Part shown: piece after piece, positions 61,768 to 64,000 of the stretch | Layout: each line of letters starts with the position of its first letter | Position numbering within the stretch: the first letter of the stretch is position 1 | NCBI GenBank assembly: GCA_964016885.1 | Contig: OZ024746.1 | Span: 68,758,001-68,822,000 of the forward strand | Origin: Eledone cirrhosa | Lineage: Eukaryota | Reading direction: 5' to 3' | DNA: 64,000 nucleotides | Notes under the pieces: generated by a model | The model's input: the letters and a program-made list of their open reading frames with translations, nothing else | Told to the model about the DNA's origin: nothing | The model's database searches: none | Translations under genes and position numbers: made by a program

Positions 61768-62639
61768 TGAACTCAGAATATAAAGGGTTGTAACTGTATG
61801 TTGCACAATGCTCCACCGATACTACCAATGCTTCTTCGCCCTAATACCCACCATGAGTATATATCATGTCAGAAGAACTACATAAAGTTTTAAATTAAAA
61901 TGAAGTTTTCTAAGTAAGAAAATATTTCTTGTTAAGAAGTAGATTAAAATCAATTGATTTTAACTTCACTATCTTACCAATAAGAACAGTGAATTGACAG
62001 AATTCTAAGAGTAACAGACCAAATTCCTTGTTCTGTTTCGTTATAGCTTTTTTACATTGTGAGTTTAAATTCTGCACAAGTCAAATTTGTCTTTCATGAT
62101 TTCAGTTCCAATAAAATAAAGTAACAATTAAGTACTGGTTTTGATATAATCGACTATATACACACCCCACCAACCACCACACAGCACCACTACAATTTGA
62201 GGCATTGTGCCTATGTAAGTAATCAATACTATAGATAGTGAATAGCTGAGTGGTGGTTAAAATACTGAATTACTGACTCTCAAAACTTACTTCAGCTATT
62301 GTGTGATAGTGTGTATGTGTTCTCGTGTGTGCATGTGTATGTATGTGTGTGCATGTGTGTTGTTGTTGTTTAACCCACCCACCCCACCCCCCACTCTCCG
62401 CCTTGGTGAACTTTGGCTAATCAGACTTTTTAACAAAGGCATTCTAGTCACGACTCTCACATTTATTTTCAAACAGTGTATCTAAGACCACATTATCCTG
62501 TTTGTACAACCTTTTTCATACGATGGTAGAGTCTGATTTTAGCGAGATTTGGTTGCTATATTTAACAGGTCAAGGAACCCTGCTGAGCTGTGGTTTTCAT
62601 TCTGTATATCACATTTGTAGCAGTTGCCTCCCTTGTTGT

Positions 62640-62812
62640 GACACTCACAACACCATCTAGACAGGAAGTAGAACCCTTTCTGTAACTTCCGGTCAGAACC
62701 CTATAAAACTAACAACTTTAAGTTCTCACTCTCTCATTTGCCCTTCCGGCGCCTGGCGTTCGCCAGGCGTCTTCTGCCAGCCTGCGTTTGCCTGGCAATC
62801 AAAACGGTAACT
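62640..62812. promoter_or_regulatory. Candidate Pol II promoter / first exon(s), possibly bidirectional
   Basis: ETS motifs ACAGGAAGT (62661) and ACTTCCGG (62685), TATAAAA (62702), Inr-like TCATTT (62734), local CpG-rich patch, plus-strand donor G|GTAACT (62807), minus-strand ATGGTGTT|GTGAGT (62656-62643). Confidence 0.4.
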
Positions 62813-64000
62813 ACTAACTTTGCTTCATTCTTTCGTTTATTCATTGACATGTCAACTATACTGTTAAATTGTTGATTAAATATTATACACACAAACCATG
62901 TCTCCTTGTTACATTCATACACGCTAGTAGCCCCGCTATACATTGATCAGGATATTTAACTCCTTTTGTAAATTAGAAAGCCATTTTAGCCAACTTCTAG
63001 TTTGTGCTTGATATGAATTGCATTTGACTATTAGCCCTCTTCATAAAGTGATGGATAAGGGCCATTGTTTTCTAATGAAAGACCTACAAGCTGTGAAATA
63101 TGTAAAAGAAATCTTTAATGTTTTTTTTCTGTATATAAAAAGAATAACAATGTTTTTCAGAACAAGACTTACAAACTCTATATATACCTATATTAAATTT
63201 ATCTTATATTTTATCTTTGATTTTTTTTTCAGAGCTGCTAATTAAAATTCAACATTAATCCCCATTTTAATTATGTTCACTCTCACCCATAAACAAGCAC
63301 AATCTTCCATTTAACCCATTAATTACCACATTTTCAATGAAATACAACACGTTTTTTAATTGGTTTTGTAAATAATCGACAATTTGAAGTAATTTAGAAA
63401 AATAACTAACCATAAACACCTAGTCGACGCTATAAGGTGGCTGAATTCACCTGAACTGAATTGTCTTATAACATAACAACCCATCTAACCGCTGCAAACA
63501 TGGAAAATAAATGGTGAACGGTGATGATGGTTAATAATTTGGCATTTAGTACATAGCTTACCAGAAACATTCTTCTATGACATTATTTTTTATTTGAATA
63601 GGAATACTTTAAAACAAAAGGCTTGTAATCATAAAATTTGAACAATTTGGAGCAGTTTTGGGCAGGTTGGTCCAAAAACAGTTCATGTTTAATTTTCAAA
63701 GAGTATGGTTATAATGTCAAACAAATTGTCACCATCCTAAAGAAATTTAAAAAGCATTGATTTATAGAATCTCTCATTAGTTCATATCAAGTACTGTTTT
63801 GAGTCTTTGAGTAGGATGTATAATTATTGACTTCAGAATGCAGTGTTAACAAATAGGAGCTATTCACATTTTAACAGACTGATGTTTATTAGTTGATAAG
63901 GACATCCAGTCATGAAAATAATTGCTATAGTAATGCAAATTTATAGATACTATTACACCTCAGATACCATAGAAAATGTCTGTAAAGTAGTCACAAGGAA

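Overview
This is AT-rich, repeat-saturated eukaryotic DNA, most likely cephalopod (octopus-type); the taxon is inferred from the SINE/RTE content and kb-scale (TA)n tracts. No host protein-coding exon could be supported, and the long Y/I/M/C/H ORFs are microsatellite artefacts. Contents: a broken RTE LINE (26.65-29.15 kb) with several truncated copies, a CR1-group LINE with a CCCH-finger ORF1 (51.3-55.35 kb, minus), R4/Dong and Penelope-like (PLE) fragments, two tRNA-headed SINE families, a non-autonomous Helitron, hAT, mariner and piggyBac-type MITEs, and a candidate promoter at 62.7 kb. The standout is a young 469-bp non-coding tandem plus inverted array (45108-46712) in which each complete unit carries an intact type I hammerhead ribozyme, i.e. 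a candidate non-LTR retrozyme/circRNA or PLE-derived element. At least three other hammerhead-like families occur in the window. One has a possible G12U core variant with a covarying stem II. Several non-coding islands share a fold-back plus (TA)n insertion architecture. All calls are by eye; no database search or folding program was run.
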